A stretch of 64,000 nt of DNA from Tubiluchus corallicola (taxonomy: Eukaryota > Animalia > Priapulida): positions 124,001 to 188,000 of the forward strand of contig JAQGDQ010000402.1 of the NCBI GenBank assembly GCA_030141605.1. Direction: 5' to 3'. Below, piece after piece: positions 15,501-29,870 of the stretch (positions are counted from its first letter, which is position 1; each line of letters opens with the position of its first letter). The notes under the pieces were generated by a model that was given only the letters and a program-made list of their open reading frames with translations, did not search any database and was not told the DNA's origin. The translations under genes were made by a program, and so were the position numbers.

Positions 15501-17540
15501 TCATCTAGCATCTGTCGAACTCTGTCAACTGTTTTTTATATATCAGCATGACAGCACCAACAGCAGTCTCGCCGGTAGACTCACACAGCTGCTACGAAAT
15601 TAGGGTTGTATTTCATAAAACAAAGACGATTATACAGGTAAATTATAGAAGCTGCTGAACTGCTTTATCCTGTCCATATATTTATCCGTGGATCATCTGT
15701 TTTTAGATGATCTCTGCAATAGTGTAACGTATAGCATGGCCTCAGTCGTTACTCCTCACTAGCAAAAGTGTATTAGTGGCGGATTTCACCTTTAGCCTTG
15801 TTATGAAATGCAACACCAACTTAATAATTATAACATTGATGTTTACGAGCAAAAACGCTACACCGTGCAGTAGTGCTTGCATGTAATATTTGGCAAGAAA
15901 AAGCATGATGGGCATCATTCCAGTGCTAAGTTAATTTAAGCAAGTATCATTTTTTATGAGATCTTTGTTAGAATGCAGATTGCCTATGTTTTGGTACTAC
16001 GGAATGTGCATGACTGTGTGAGGATACATGAGTTATGTCACGTTGTAGGCTCACCGATAAAGTTTTGTGTGATTAAAATTTTTGTTTTCGATGAGCTAAT
16101 ATGGGATGGGTGTAAAAATGAGAAAGATTTATTTGCAATATTACCAATAATAGTAATATTGGTTGGTCTGCATACACTGCTCGTTTTACTCATATTCAGG
16201 AAAAATTAATCTGTACAATCCAATCAGTATTTATGAGTGGCTTATCAAATATTAAAGTTTCACAGACTAGATTGACATATTCTGATGACGTTCAATGATT
16301 GGCAGTGAATTGATGGCATAGGTCATTAGTTATTTCAGGGGTCGTGACCTATATTACCAATTTTTAGTTAGTTTTAACTTTTAAATAATTGGAGCGCTAG
16401 ACAAAAAAGATTTGCTTTTCCACAGTTCTGCTAGATAAGCTAATCCTGTTCAACGTCCGAGTTAAAATTTCAATTCTTGTTTTTGTTTTCAGCACATTTG
16501 CTCGAAAAATAATTGCAAGAAAATATAATTTTTTACTTGGAATATACACGTGACAGATGGGAGATATTGCGTTTTATTTAGTCTAGCATGTACTTTAGTT
16601 TGTACAAGTGTTGCTGATTAAAAACATGAGAATATGAGAGAAACGTAAAATATGAGAAAAGTAGGATAAATAAACTAGCTAATAAGTTGAGTAATATTCA
16701 AGCGTAAAAACAAAACAAAAGAAAAACAGCAAAATCTCCGACCTTTGTTAATGCTGTGAGTTCAGAAGTAGTTGGCTCAGCCGCAGTCGCGTACGTAGTG
16801 TAAAATCGTATATTAGAAGTTTGTTTATAAGTAGTGCATCTATAGTTTTAATTAAGTCTCGTATCTATGGCACGCTGCTGATTCAAATTTTTAATTGCCT
16901 AGAGAAGAGTTTCTCTAAACACTAAACTCTCACTTCAAAACATGCCTTTTTCCTTCGAAAAAAAGTTCAGCTGGTACATGTTTTCAACTAATCTTTGCTT
17001 GCCGACTCTTTGTTAAACTGGAAGAAGTGTGTTGGAGGGATTGGGTGGACTTTGCGTATAAAAACATACGTGGAATCTGAACAGCTGTTGTTCAGCAGGA
17101 GAGAAACCCTTTTCCTCATTTTACACTTTCAACACGAGCCGGTCTCGAAACTTTAGAAATAAATGACAAGAGATAGTCTATTCTGAGGCAGTGAGCTGAC
17201 ATTGATACATGTGTGAGATCATTTTTGTCACCTGCTGCTAGGATTCAAGCCTAATTTAGTTAAATGGTTCTGAAGTTGTTTTGAAGAATCCTCTGAAAAT
17301 GTGACAGACATTCATAGACCTTCAGACTTTCTGCTTGTAGAATTTTTGCCAAGAAAACGTCGTTTCTGTTTTTTGTGACCCACTCGACTGCCCCAAGTTG
17401 CCTATTGCATCTTATTTCTGCGCAGAATGTCAGGTTACCTGGCTGGTTGTTATAGAGAATGTCAAGTTACCTGGCTGATAAACTTGTATTATCCATGAAC
17501 ATTTTTTATTTCATCGTTGATTTACTTTGGATGTCAACTG

Positions 17541-19095
17541 ATAGTCAAGCCCAGAGTATTTTGGTCAAACAAATGAGATACCAATATCTGACTGTCCCAT
17601 CATTTGCTAAAGTACTTATGACGTGCAGAACTGGACATCTGTCAGGTAGCCTCCTGCGGATGAACCCTGGCACTCCCTAAAATTGCCCAAAAAGGACTGA
17701 ATTAAATATAGCGGGCACCACTTCAAACAGCCCCATGTTGTGCCCAGTACCCTCATATCAGTAATAGGGGTGTGCACATTAGCCATCACATAAGACCCCT
17801 CAGACAACCTTTAAAAAGTTCCAAATAATTTGGTTGGATCATTGAAGGTACCAGTTGGAAACAATTTTCGCTACACATAGACCTCCAATTGAGTACCGCA
17901 ATAGACAAAAACGGCCCCCGTGTTTAAGCTCTGCCAAACACCCTTTACTATGTCCTGTTTGACTCTTCAGGTGGTTTAGTCCAAATCAAGCACTGAAAGT
18001 ATCAGTAAAGGACAACTTCAAATGCCACACAACATGGCATACCTGATGTGAGACATGCCTCTGCTTATTACCTGCCAGAAAACCTTTATTATGGACCATT
18101 AGACTTTTCTTTTGGTTTAGCCTAGGAGGTAGATAGAAGGTACTAGAAAAACAAACTAAATGAAAGGTCATGTCCTAGATATTTGACAATTACTGGTGTC
18201 AGACCTGCAGCCCACTGCCGACGCCAGGCCCATTAGAACCTTATTTTGGACCATTTAGGTGTTTCTTGTAACTTAATTCAGACCAAAGACAGGTAGTACC
18301 AGGAAAGAATCGTCATATTTTACAAACACAACATACCTGATGCCAGACATTTAACCATTTGCTTAGTCCCTGCCAGAACACTTGTTTTGGACCATTGGGC
18401 ACTTCTTGTGGTTTAGCTTAGGCCAAAGGTAGAACTTGATAGGAAAGAAAAGCTTCAAATAGTCAGAAAAACTTCAAATAACTATATCTAACATAACGTG
18501 GCATACCTGATACTGTGTGGTCTCCTGATTATTTTGAACTAGTAACAATAAGATCACCAAAAATTGCCCACAACGTGATCATTTACTTCCTTGTCTTGAT
18601 GTATATAATGCATCTTTAAGCACAATTTTCATCTGATCTTTGTTATAATTACTGCTTATCAAAAAATCCTCTAATAGTCTCGCCATTTTGTTCAAAAGGG
18701 CCAAACAATTATAATTAACCCCATGACGAGATGGGTTACCCTACAAAATAATATTACCTTGTTGTCATGTTCAAAGTGCATAAATAATGTCAAAATGCTT
18801 AAATCTTTAATTATTCACCTAAAAGGTTCTTTGTTCAGTTGTTTCAAGTACCAAGTATGCCTTTGTCAGAAAATAATAAAGGGTGTCTGGCGGCTCTTAC
18901 CCGGTGGCTGACGAGTCTGTCGTCCACACCCCTATTGATCTGAGGGTTTTGGGCCTAACATATCTAGGCAGTTTCATGTGATACCTAGCAGTCTTCCAGT
19001 TTTGTACATCTTAAGTACTGCCCTAAATGATGGGACAGTCAGATATTGGTACCTGGTTCGTTAGACACAAAATCCTCTGGGCTGCCGGGCTATGA
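17541..19095. mobile_element. Non-autonomous DNA transposon (about 1.55 kb) with long imperfect inverted repeats and internal tandem repeats of about 145-155 bp
   Basis: agcccagagtatttt...taccaatatctgactgtcccatcattt (about 17548-17605) is the reverse complement of aaatgatgggacagtcagatattggta...aaaatcctctgggct (about 19025-19083); a second matching block lies at about 17735-17810 vs 18880-18960; internal units carry catacctgatg...tggaccatt. Confidence 0.8.
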
Positions 19096-19495
19096 CTTTG
19101 CCCATTTGTTTGTTTGTATGGAATACATTTCAGTTTTGTTTCAGTTTTTGATGATGTCAGCTAAAACAGCCAAATCACGTTTACAAATTTCCTGGATACT
19201 TGGGTGATTTTATGTGTTTTTGCAAACATGTGTCACATAATACAGCCGTGTTAACTTTCAGACGCAGTAAGTACTACAACTGTCTTAGCATGAACAACTG
19301 TCTTAGACTGGATATTTTTTACAAGTAAATTATTGTTTCCCGTTTTGCTTTTTTGACAAGCATCTGTATTACAAACTTCCACAAATCATCATTAAATATA
19401 ACATATTATAATTTAATAAGCGGTGACTTATTAAATTTAACTATTTTTGTTATGGACACCTTGCGAATTTCAAGAACCTTGAAGTGAAGTTTTGG

Positions 19496-19580
19496 TCGAA
19501 AGGTTTTACTTGCGAACTCTGTCGTGACCTTACTTTTATCATGTATTTCTCGATAGTTCTTTAGTGCTTTAGCCCTACCT
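19496..19580. repeat. 85-bp inverted repeat, left copy (partner 20827-20911)
   Basis: Reverse complement of 20827-20911 with 5 mismatches by manual count. Confidence 0.9.
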
Positions 19581-20826
19581 AATGTTAACTTAGCTATAAT
19601 CCCAGAACTAAGTTCTTATCCTGATTTCTGTAAGCATACACATGTAGATCTGTACTCTACTGTGTACACTGTACACTAATGCCTAATACATAATACACAA
19701 TGCCCATGCTGAATTATCATGCTAAAACTATGACACAAACACATCCCATGAAAGACGATGGTTAATAACGCAACATCAATTTATGGACGCACTAAAAATC
19801 TGTTTTAGTTGTTAGCACACGATTGTACGCTTTCCAATTTTTGAATGTGTATTGTGTACAGTTTCATAAAACTCCCGTAATGGCCAACCTGCTGTGCGCA
19901 TTATAACCGTATCCCACGACTTATAGGTTTACATGTTCGCGTTTCAAGTGGTAATTTATTCTGTTATTAATTCCGACTGGATTATGAACGTACGTGTATT
20001 TCCTGTAGTACAGTGTATTTTTCGTTTTCAGTCTCACCGCTACGAAAATCCTGAAAAACGTAGCAAGTAAAGCGTTTTAGAGCGGCTTAATGCAATTAGC
20101 ACGTTCTAATTACCTCCTGGCCACAGCAGACGCTATTGTGAAAAAACTGCGCATGAAAATGTGTAACTCATTGCCTTCGTTGTTTGCATTTCTCGGGCTT
20201 CAGTCTCTATTTTCTTGACTCTTCTGATGAGGAGAGCATGTAAGCCGATAAAAATTATTAGGGACTATCAGTTGCTCGGATTTTCCTCCATCCCCTGGGT
20301 ACTGAAAAAGAGACGGTGTTTAAGGAAATGCGTTTCATGCAGTATAATAGGAGTGCCTGCAGCTTCTTCCTACTAGGCATGCATGATTGCTGATAACAAC
20401 CTTTATAATCATAAATGTGGAGAACGTAATGATACGGTGTTTTTACGACGGCTTTTTGTCTAGAGCTTGGGACGTGGAGATGCGGTAGTTTACGAGCCAG
20501 TAAGTCTTGATTGGTGATTTATATTCTTGGGTTGCCTGTTTTTATTTGTCTGTAAACTTTTCTCCCGGGCTAAATTTGTTTCCCATTTCCTCCAATGTTA
20601 CGAGCCTTTTTGAAATGGTAGCCATGTGTTAGCGATGTTCGGTTTAATATGTGCTGTGCTGGTATCATGTGTCCTGCGTTTAACTGTATTTTGGCGGGCT
20701 GTGAAGATAATTGGCAGTCTTATGACATTGGTAAAGGAAAGTGCGTGTAAAAAAAATAAGGCTAGGAAGCATGCAGTGTTTGGGAGGATTGGCCCTTTCA
20801 ATGGAATGCTATTATTATCGTCAGAG

Positions 20827-20911
20827 AGGTAGGGCTAAAGCACTAAAGAACTATCGAGGAATACGTGATAAAGGTAAGGTCATGGCAGAGTTCGCAAGTA
20901 AAACCTTTCGA
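20827..20911. repeat. 85-bp inverted repeat, right copy; probably a DNA-transposon end
   Basis: aggtagggctaaagcactaaagaactatcgag... is the reverse complement of 19496-19580. Confidence 0.9.
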
Positions 20912-23133
20912 AGTTTTCGGCTCTCTAGAAATAAGATCATTATAGGAGGCCGAGGCTGGCGGTCTGAATCTTATTGAAGTACCAGGTAGTCTATGATCCA
21001 TGGGACGGATCCATGTTTGCTGGCATCGATTCACTGGTCTTTCAACAATTTTCAATGCTGGTTCCTATACCCATTATCCTACTCCTACAGCGACTAGTAT
21101 CCTATTCATGTTTCCCAACTCACTTGACTTGTTGAAACCTAAAACTTCTCGTGAAGTTAAGTCCCGTTCTTTGATTCCGGGGTACCTATATACGATAGCT
21201 ACCCACAGTAACGGACACGTCTTCTTCATTTTTAACATTTTAAATGCTTAAAAAGATCGTGGCAACGTAGCGATATCACTTAGTGTCAATTGGTAGGTAT
21301 TATCAAGTAGGGAAGTTTTTTTATTTAATTTTCTTTATTTTGGTGAAAGAGTGGGAAAATCTGTTTGAAATATTAAGGTTTATTTTAAGAGTGTAGTAAC
21401 TCAGTAATTTGGAGTTTTTGGTTGCGCAGAAAGTTTTGTAACTTAGTCAAATCCAGAAGTAAATGTAAAAGTGGACCCAGACCCGCTCTGTAAATTTCGG
21501 TGGCTCTGGTAATCTGTATTTGCGCTACTTCCACTTCTATGAAATAAACTGTTACAAATAATTGGCTTGTGTCAATGATGATTCTTCACTTTTTGCTGCT
21601 TGCACCTAATTTTAAACGGGATTTCCCTATTTGTCGTATCATAATTAGGCGATAATTTATTGAACACTAAATGATGTGACCTTTTGTGGATTGAAAGTGA
21701 GAGTTAAAACGGCATTCTCAAGCTAGGTGGGATATTTATGACGTGTTGCCTGCGATTGTATTCATGAGTTGTTTTACCAGAACGTAATAGCCTGCCACTC
21801 GGCTGCCAGTCTACATATCAGGTCTAGTTTTAAGAAATCTCTGATTTGATTAATCTCAAACAGATTGCTGTAAATACCTCTCCGACATTGCAATTTCGGA
21901 AGCGTCTTTGAGAGTGTGCGGTATGAATGGATTTGCAAAAATATTCATTCTCGATGCGTTTCGCTTGACAATGCATTTTAACACGATAGCAGATTTCACT
22001 CAGGAAACCATCTTGCCGGCATTCGAGTGTTTTGTGTTGTCTCTTGGTAAAATGCCTAATGGCACTTCACACACTTATTGGAAAAACTTGCAGTGACTCT
22101 TCAATGTTTTCATGCAGGCAGGCTTTAACTTGAGTCAAATAATCAATAATGCTGTATGTTTTTTCAGGCTGTGAACAGGTAAGATTGTGACTGATGTGAA
22201 TTGTGGCCGAAAAGGATCTTTCTAATTAAACTTTTTAGCCATAGTGCCTATAAAGTTAAAACATTAATACATTACTCTTGCTTAACCATAGTTATGCGAA
22301 TTAATAGTTGTAGTAGGTGGTGGCGCGAGTTCGACACCATACATGGCCGATCTATAGCAGCTTAAATAGTAGTTAATCTTGCTGTAGGGATGTATTCATT
22401 TATTTGATGTTCAACGTTAAGCGAAGTGTTCATACTTTAAAGAGCTACATTTTTCCACCTTTCAAATTTTCTTTTTTCCTTACTACAGTACCATTTAACT
22501 TGCCATTGCCACCGAAATAATTCGTAGACCTTGAATTCAACAGTTAAATGTCCAGGAGCGTTTTATGTGCAAAACAAGACATCTATTGCTTATTATCGTG
22601 CAACAAGTGAAGGCTTAGCGAATGTAACCAAAATATGACCGCTTTCACTAAGAGCCAGCAGCGTCTCTAAAACTTGTGGAATTTTTAGGTCACTTCGCTC
22701 ACTGACTTGAATACCGATTCTTAACTGTACAGCAAGTTTGCTGTGACTGCGTCGGCATTGTATGCAGGGTTTTGTCTACCTGCCTCCAGTTGCAAATTTG
22801 ACCATTTTTGCGAGAGTGTTTCGGGTTTATACGTTTCGCGCGCCTTGTAATTGAATAAGCGCTGGTGCTTTGTGAAAAACACAAAGGAAGTTAGAATTTG
22901 TATGTAAAAATTAACACGTGGTCATATGTTTGTTTTGCGGGGATGTTTTACATCTGAACTATGTTTGACTTTGGCGAAATGAGCTTTCTGTATTCGAAAC
23001 TGCATGGATTGGTTAGGTAAGTGGGAAATTCTTTAATGCCATAGAGCTCAACTTTACTCAAGACGGGCTGACATAAGCAAGTTAGAAGTCTTTAATTTAC
23101 AAAGTGGCAGGCTCAAATGTGGCACGTGTCGCT

Positions 23134-23464
23134 GGTGACCGGTAATAAAGTCACAGGAAAAAAGCCACAGGAAAAAGTCACAATTAATTTATGGTGGCTG
23201 GAAAAAGTCACTATTTAGGTTAGGAAAGAAAGTCAGGTAATTAAATAAAATATTCAAGTCAGTCACAATTATTTAAGTACCATAAACAGTTTAAGTAATA
23301 AAACAGAAAACATTTTAAATCAGTTATTGACTGGTAAAATCATGACTTGTACATAGTGACAAACACTATTTATATATGATGGTATTACATGTATATAAAA
23401 ATCATTTTTGTTTACTATTTTATGGTCAGTGTTGTTTTTCCTGTGACTTTTTTACCTGGCTTCA
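23134..23464. mobile_element. MITE-like element (about 330 bp) with GGAAAAAGTCAC subrepeats
   Basis: ggtaataaagtcacaggaaaaa at the left vs tttttcctgtgacttttttacc at the right; several internal copies of ggaaaaagtcac. Confidence 0.7.
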
Positions 23465-26400
23465 TATCGGAACGTAAATGTTTGAGGAAAGAAAACGTTT
23501 TCGTTAATTAATGGCATGCTTTAAAAATTTGCTCTACATCCAACTTCTCAGAGCGGCAAATCCACGCCTCCCTCACCTGCCAAAAAAACTTGGCGATACT
23601 ACTACTCAGTGCGTTATTCCGTGCATTATCCTGGTAAGTTTAAACTACCTGGGTGTGGCGATAATGAAGTGCGATTACATTACCGTGTTTGCAATATACT
23701 ATTCTTTTCTCGAATTATGGTTTGACTGATTACTGATCCAAATACTGACCCAAATTGGACTAGATCAGAAGATCTATTCCCTATAATATTCACTATGGCA
23801 TAAAAAACTGTCTTTTTAATTTAGTTTCAAATGTTATTGAAAGTACTGAATTTGGCACTGTGAATATTGCATTTGAATATACAGCATATGAACTCAGAAC
23901 TAAAAATTTGAAGCCCAGTTAGCGTCTATGACTTCACATTTCAGCAGTGATCCGGAAATCCTTCCGGATTCATCCTGTGGACGTTGCTTTTTCCCTCTTT
24001 GTATCTTGTTTTCCTAGTCAAAATATGCCACCGTCAGGATGAGTAAAGTCTCAACAAAATCTTGCTGAGAAAGTTCGGTGCTCTGGCCTGGAAATATGAT
24101 ATATTGGTGTTTCTTTTTGGTTCCTCTGGCAGTTTGGCACTGTGACTCAGAATTAGCGGGATATAACTTTTAAACTTTTCTTTATTTGCTTCGTTCCTCC
24201 TGTATATTATTAAAAAAAGTGATATTAATTGTAACTTCGCGGCACTAAAATTTCTCTTGACCAATTTCATATCATTTTAAACTTTTTTGTGGGTACCAAA
24301 TGAATTGCAACAAGAATATCTCTTACTTCTTAGCAAACATACCAGTGACACCACAAACTAGCAAAATGAATTTCTGTACGTGTTTAAAAAACTCTTGACG
24401 AAATGTGGCGAGTATGGTGGAGTATCCCAAATTTTCTGTGCCAGAGTTTCCTTTTATCTTTAACAAACTTTTTCAATTGAAGTTTTCCCCTGTCAAATTT
24501 ACTTTTATTGCAAGTACTGTTGGATGAAACTAATGTTGCAATGTTGCATAAGCAAACAATTTACGGCACCTGCCCGCGATAACAAAACTGATGTATATTG
24601 TAGGTAACTTTCTATATAAATTATTTTCGTGTTTATCTATCATAAAATCGCTGCGTTTTCTTCGTAACTAGGACGCCCTGTACTGTACAAAACCATGCCG
24701 ATCGATTTTGGATTAGCAAAATACGATTGTAGATCAAATAACTACGATAGGACAAGAAATTCGGCAACTCAGTATTGCTGTATTTTGCTGCAGTATTTGC
24801 TATTTCTGAATGACTTTATATCTTGACGTGCAATGCAAATACCTTATAAACTTTATGGATCTGCCCAGGTTATTAGAGGAATTAATTGAATTCTGAATGC
24901 CACGTGTTATGAACGGTGGCTATGCGTGCAACTAATCCGATATTTCACTCAGTACTGAAAGTGGATTAAATTTTTTAGGTAGAAGATTTTGTAGGTTAAA
25001 CAGCTTTTTAGCGGGTGTTAATGATTTGGGCGGATCCGGTCTTGATGGTTGCTACCTGTCTAGACCACACAAAAGGTTCTCTGCGGGGTTTCAACCCTTC
25101 AAACACCTGTTCTGAGTGATATTCTGAGTACAAGCAGGTACTGTATCTGAATTTAATTTGCCTGGCATGTTACCAAAAATTTGTCTGGGCTAGGTGTTTT
25201 CTAACGCGTACTGTACGTATTAATTGTTTATTTTCTGATTTGGTTGACGGATCTAAACAGTAAATTCGATTTGTCGAGTGCAAAAACGCGACTAGGAGAA
25301 GATCTGTAATAACTAGCTTTTCCTTGGAAACTTAATTATGATGGATGACTGACACGTCTCCTTTGGTTTGCTTCACCTTCATTTAACATCGGTTTTTCCG
25401 TGATAAGTAGTTTAGCCGTTGCCAAGAATAAAAACTATTACAGTTGTGTATGGGATCAGTCAATATGGAGTGCCGAAACAATGTTAAAATCTATAGCTAG
25501 ACTATAGTTTGCTTAGGTAAGTCAATAAATTTTATTTTGCGACATGTAAACATTATCTATTAATGCTGATTTTGAAATTGAAATATCTGTCAGATTGCCA
25601 AGTGCTACACAAAGTCGGAATGACAACTAACTATTATAAGCATACAAGCCAGCAACTAGCAGCAAAAAAGTCAGCTATAGGAAACAGCCGTGAAAAAAAA
25701 TATGATAGTAAAAGAAATCAAATCATGGGCATCAAATCGTTCTGTAGCAAATAGTGTATAGATTACGATCCGTTTTTTCTACCTAATTCTAAATACTCGG
25801 TAAGTTAATTTCGTGTTCATATACGTTGTACACAGACAGAAAGGTTATTATTGGTCTGATAAGGTCTGCTATCCCGCGCCTCCCGATCCATATTATGTGA
25901 TAAACAGCACAATGCAGTAAATTGTTTTGCAACCTTACCGTCATCATCATAGCCATTTTTTACTTAGGCTCATTTTCAAGGTAATAATAGAGTTTTAGCT
26001 GGCTTTTTAGCGATTTAGTGGCGCCAGGGGTCCATGCTTCACCATTCCAGGTAATAATTTCTCCTCGTCACAATGCACACAGTACAACCGAAGTGTGCCG
26101 CGGCCATCTCGTAAAGACTATCTCGTTGAAAGTTGGTTTAGCTGGTTATATGACATAGCTTATGGCTATACTGCCTCTACTGTAATTTACTAGTAAATGT
26201 TCATTGTCAGTCGGTTAGCATTGGATTAACTCAGTGCCCTACAGTCAGTTAACTCTGCTGCGCATTTGGGACGAGTTTCTTATCTGCGTCTTATTTTCTT
26301 CCTTTCTTGGCTGAGTTCGCATCTCTTCAATTAGGTTAGAAGTTTGTGGGCTGGTTGAATGCTTTCCACACCATTCAAAAGTGTTCGTTCTCAGTGTACT

Positions 26401-26860
26401 GCAAATACACAATTACGCATTTACACATTCGCTGAAAATGTTTTTAAAATGCGTATTTTCAGAACTTTGTCGCCAAAAACGAATCAATTTCCTTGCTTTT
26501 TCTAGTTTCTGGAAGGGGGCGGTAAAGGTAAATTGCTTCAACATACCGTAAGAACTGAGAATTTTTCATAAAACGTAGAATCTACCAGGGTCAAATGCCG
26601 CCACTCGGGAAAAAATCTTTGCTGCAAATTTCTGCCGCGTTTGTTTGCATGGCGAATTTTGTAGCGATTTACAGTTGCATTTTGATGGCTCGCGCTTCCA
26701 CGCTGTGGTACTGCATAATCTGCTTTTTTTCAGTTTTTAGGAGTAATTTTGTTTCCATGGATTGAAATCTCTTATTCAATGAAATACATTGTGGAAGAAC
26801 TTGTGCACGGGTGTTTTTATGTGTAGGCCTACTATAGACATCCGATTCTAGGATTCTTCC

Positions 26861-26935
26861 GTTGTTGTTGTTGCAGTTGTTATTATTGTTGTTGTTGTTG
26901 TTGTTGTTGTTATTGTTGTCGTTCTTCTTGTTGTG
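26861..26935. repeat. (TTG)n microsatellite, imperfect
   Basis: Directly visible. Confidence 0.9.
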
Positions 26936-28600
26936 CATGTTCTTGATAAGTTTTTGATTCGTTTTAATTGCCAGCTTCTTTATGTGAGGATAATGTAATG
27001 TCACTGTCATTTCGAAGCTGAACTGTCATGGCGGATTGCTTTCTTCACGCTTGTTGTGAACTGGTTTCTTTGACGACTTTTAATCAAAATTTGTAAATGA
27101 AGAACTTGAATGGTGCTGTGATTGGCTTGTCCTCTGAATTCTGGTGAAGGAGAACTCTGTTTTACGTGTTACTCCAAATTTCAATTCCGTGGAAGCCATT
27201 TTAACCCGTCTCGTTTGGCAAATATTTGTCCGTGCCAATCTATCCTAAATTAAACTAAATTACTCGGCAAATATCATTTGTAGTTCCATACACGTATTAC
27301 TTGCCAATAGTTCCATTGCATGTTGAGAAATTGGCTTTGGCTGCTTGTTTCTTCTACGCGCATTAAAATTTTAGAAGCTGTAAAATGGCACCTTGTTTTA
27401 CGAGTGTAAACAGTAGCCGAGAAAAGTTGTTCCAGCGCAAATAGTGCAGGTAGAAATTGAACAAAGAATGTTTGCTGTGTTCGAATTTAGACTTGTATCA
27501 AATGTGGGAGCGAAATTGCATGGTCAAGTAAGGCCGCGAGCAAGGAGAGTCAGACGTGTATTATTTTCATTTGTATGACTTGCACGCCGCACAATTCACA
27601 GTACATGCGAGCATCACTACAAACTCACTTGGTTCAGACAAAAAGCAACAACAAAATTTATCCATGTCATCTCTTGACCAGTAGTTTGACCGTTTCTGTT
27701 CCATTTTTCCATCTGCGAAATGTATTGCAAACCGTTAAGCTTGATTAGACCAGGCACGTGCTGCCAATACTATATAATATTAGTATAATACATTATTTTG
27801 TTCCCCACAATGAAAACTCTTTCCTATTTGACGAATATGGGTATCTTAACGTATCTGCTTGTGCGTACCGAAAGTTTTCTATTTCCATTTTCCTGCCTAA
27901 AGGCTCTCCCTCTTCCCTCAATCCGGCGAACCCATTCCATGATTCAAAGTAAATGCCCTCCAATATGAGACTACCTGCAACAGCAGTTATGCTTTCACGC
28001 CAGAGCAGTAACATCTTACAAGTAGGAACCCAATCCGCCTACGCTTATTTTCTTAAAGGAAAGACCAAGCCTTCTGGGAATTTGTGCTTGTTTCAATGTT
28101 CTTGAAAAATGTTACAAGGATTTAGCAATAAAAGTGTGATAAGCGTCTCGTGTAAGTAGTAAAATCACTTAGAAATCGCGATCGTTTCACACCTGGGCGC
28201 TTCAAATTGTAACGCCCATTCTTCCGCCAACAATGTCACTCATCTACTGAAGAAAAGCAGCTCACCGTTGATTTCCATCAACAGTACAAAAAGTTTTTAC
28301 TAAAAAATTTATAACTTATTTTGTAATATTTTTGCTTGAACATTAAGTAAGTTGCGGAATTCTGAATTCGTTTAAGCTGCACGCGATTACGGCAGGCCAT
28401 GATGCACCTAAGATAAGTCACGAAATCTACCAGTTACTTCACAGTTTTTTAAGTGAGTGGCGGCTACCACCACGCCTGAAAATTTCTGTCAGTGGTAGTA
28501 TAAATTCACTTTATTTTTGCATATTTCTTTTATTATATTTTTCAAATTTCAGCGATAACAGTAAAATAAACTGAACATGCTGAGTGACTTGTCCTTTCTT

Positions 28601-28840
<240 letters not shown>

Positions 28841-29066
28841 CCTTTATTTAAAATCGGCTTTAAACTCAACAGACAACACAAGCCACTTTGTCGCTTTGTA
28901 AATAACAAATAAAAACCTCCATATCAGAGATTATTATTGCACCACTTTTAACCTAAATACCACGCACGAGGCAGGGCAACAGCAGGTACCTTTGGTAAGA
29001 CTGAAACCGCAGTATCGAACTCACTACCTCCCAGACGGAAAGCGACGCGTTACCACTAGACTATGC
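28841..29066 (-). mobile_element. tRNA-derived SINE with a (TTA)n tail
   Basis: Minus strand reads gcatagtctagtggt (A box)...gagttcgatact (B box)...ggtacctgctgttgccctgcc...aataaa, then the microsatellite. Confidence 0.75.
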
Positions 29067-29870
29067 AAGTAACTCCAGAACGCTAAAAGCAGCTAAAACA
29101 GTCAAATAACCTCTTCATCGACAACAATCTTTGCTTGACAACATTGCACCTAGGCACCACCCGAAACAATAGCCAAATTTGTCGTACGCGTCCTATTTGA
29201 AAATACTGTATAGTCATTTTTCGACACGTCATGCTAACAGTGCTTGGTTGATTCATGAAATAATCTCTAGATTAATTACTAATACTGCGCCATGGAGCTG
29301 AAGTTTTTTCACCAAATAGCTTTACACCTGAGCGCATGGCATGTCACTGACAGATACATTCATAATCCGAAATAGCATTATTATCTCTGTTGGCTTGTTT
29401 TTCTGTTTGTGCGATACGGAACATTACCTGCATCATGCACTATTCTGACGACAGAATTTATCAGCGACGATCGTAATAATAACCCCTCCGCCATTTGCTT
29501 GATGGTGTTGAGTGTATATATACATTATATTCCGTTGTGCGCAGCTTGCAACTCCCGTTTTCGAATGTAAAATGATGTTAAAAGTGGGTAATTTTTCCGA
29601 CAAATAGAAAGTGTGTTGATAGGAATTAAATTGCCCAGAGAAGTGAATCTTATACGTTACACTGTCATCTTGTTCCTGTTAGCATGTAATGATAAAACGG
29701 CATTTGCAACATGCACCTTTGCATTGGCGCTTTTTCTGTTATTGGACCTTGAAGGAAAATCTTCACGCTAACGAGTTCCATGAGAGTGAGGGCCATTGAA
29801 CATTGTCTAGTAAAATAAATTAACTTCCAATAATTCGTGAAAAAATAAATACATAGTATAATTTAGAGAC

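Noticed and set aside
17950-18520. Spaced repeats as a CRISPR-like array
   Set aside because: Eukaryotic context; whole units are diverged tandem copies with no unique spacers
26669-27010. Poly-Asn ORF (also 38763-39039 and the His-rich 5996-6190)
   Set aside because: Simple-repeat artefacts
27758-28014. Overlapping short ORFs in a GC-richer patch
   Set aside because: No recognisable homology; cannot be supported without a search
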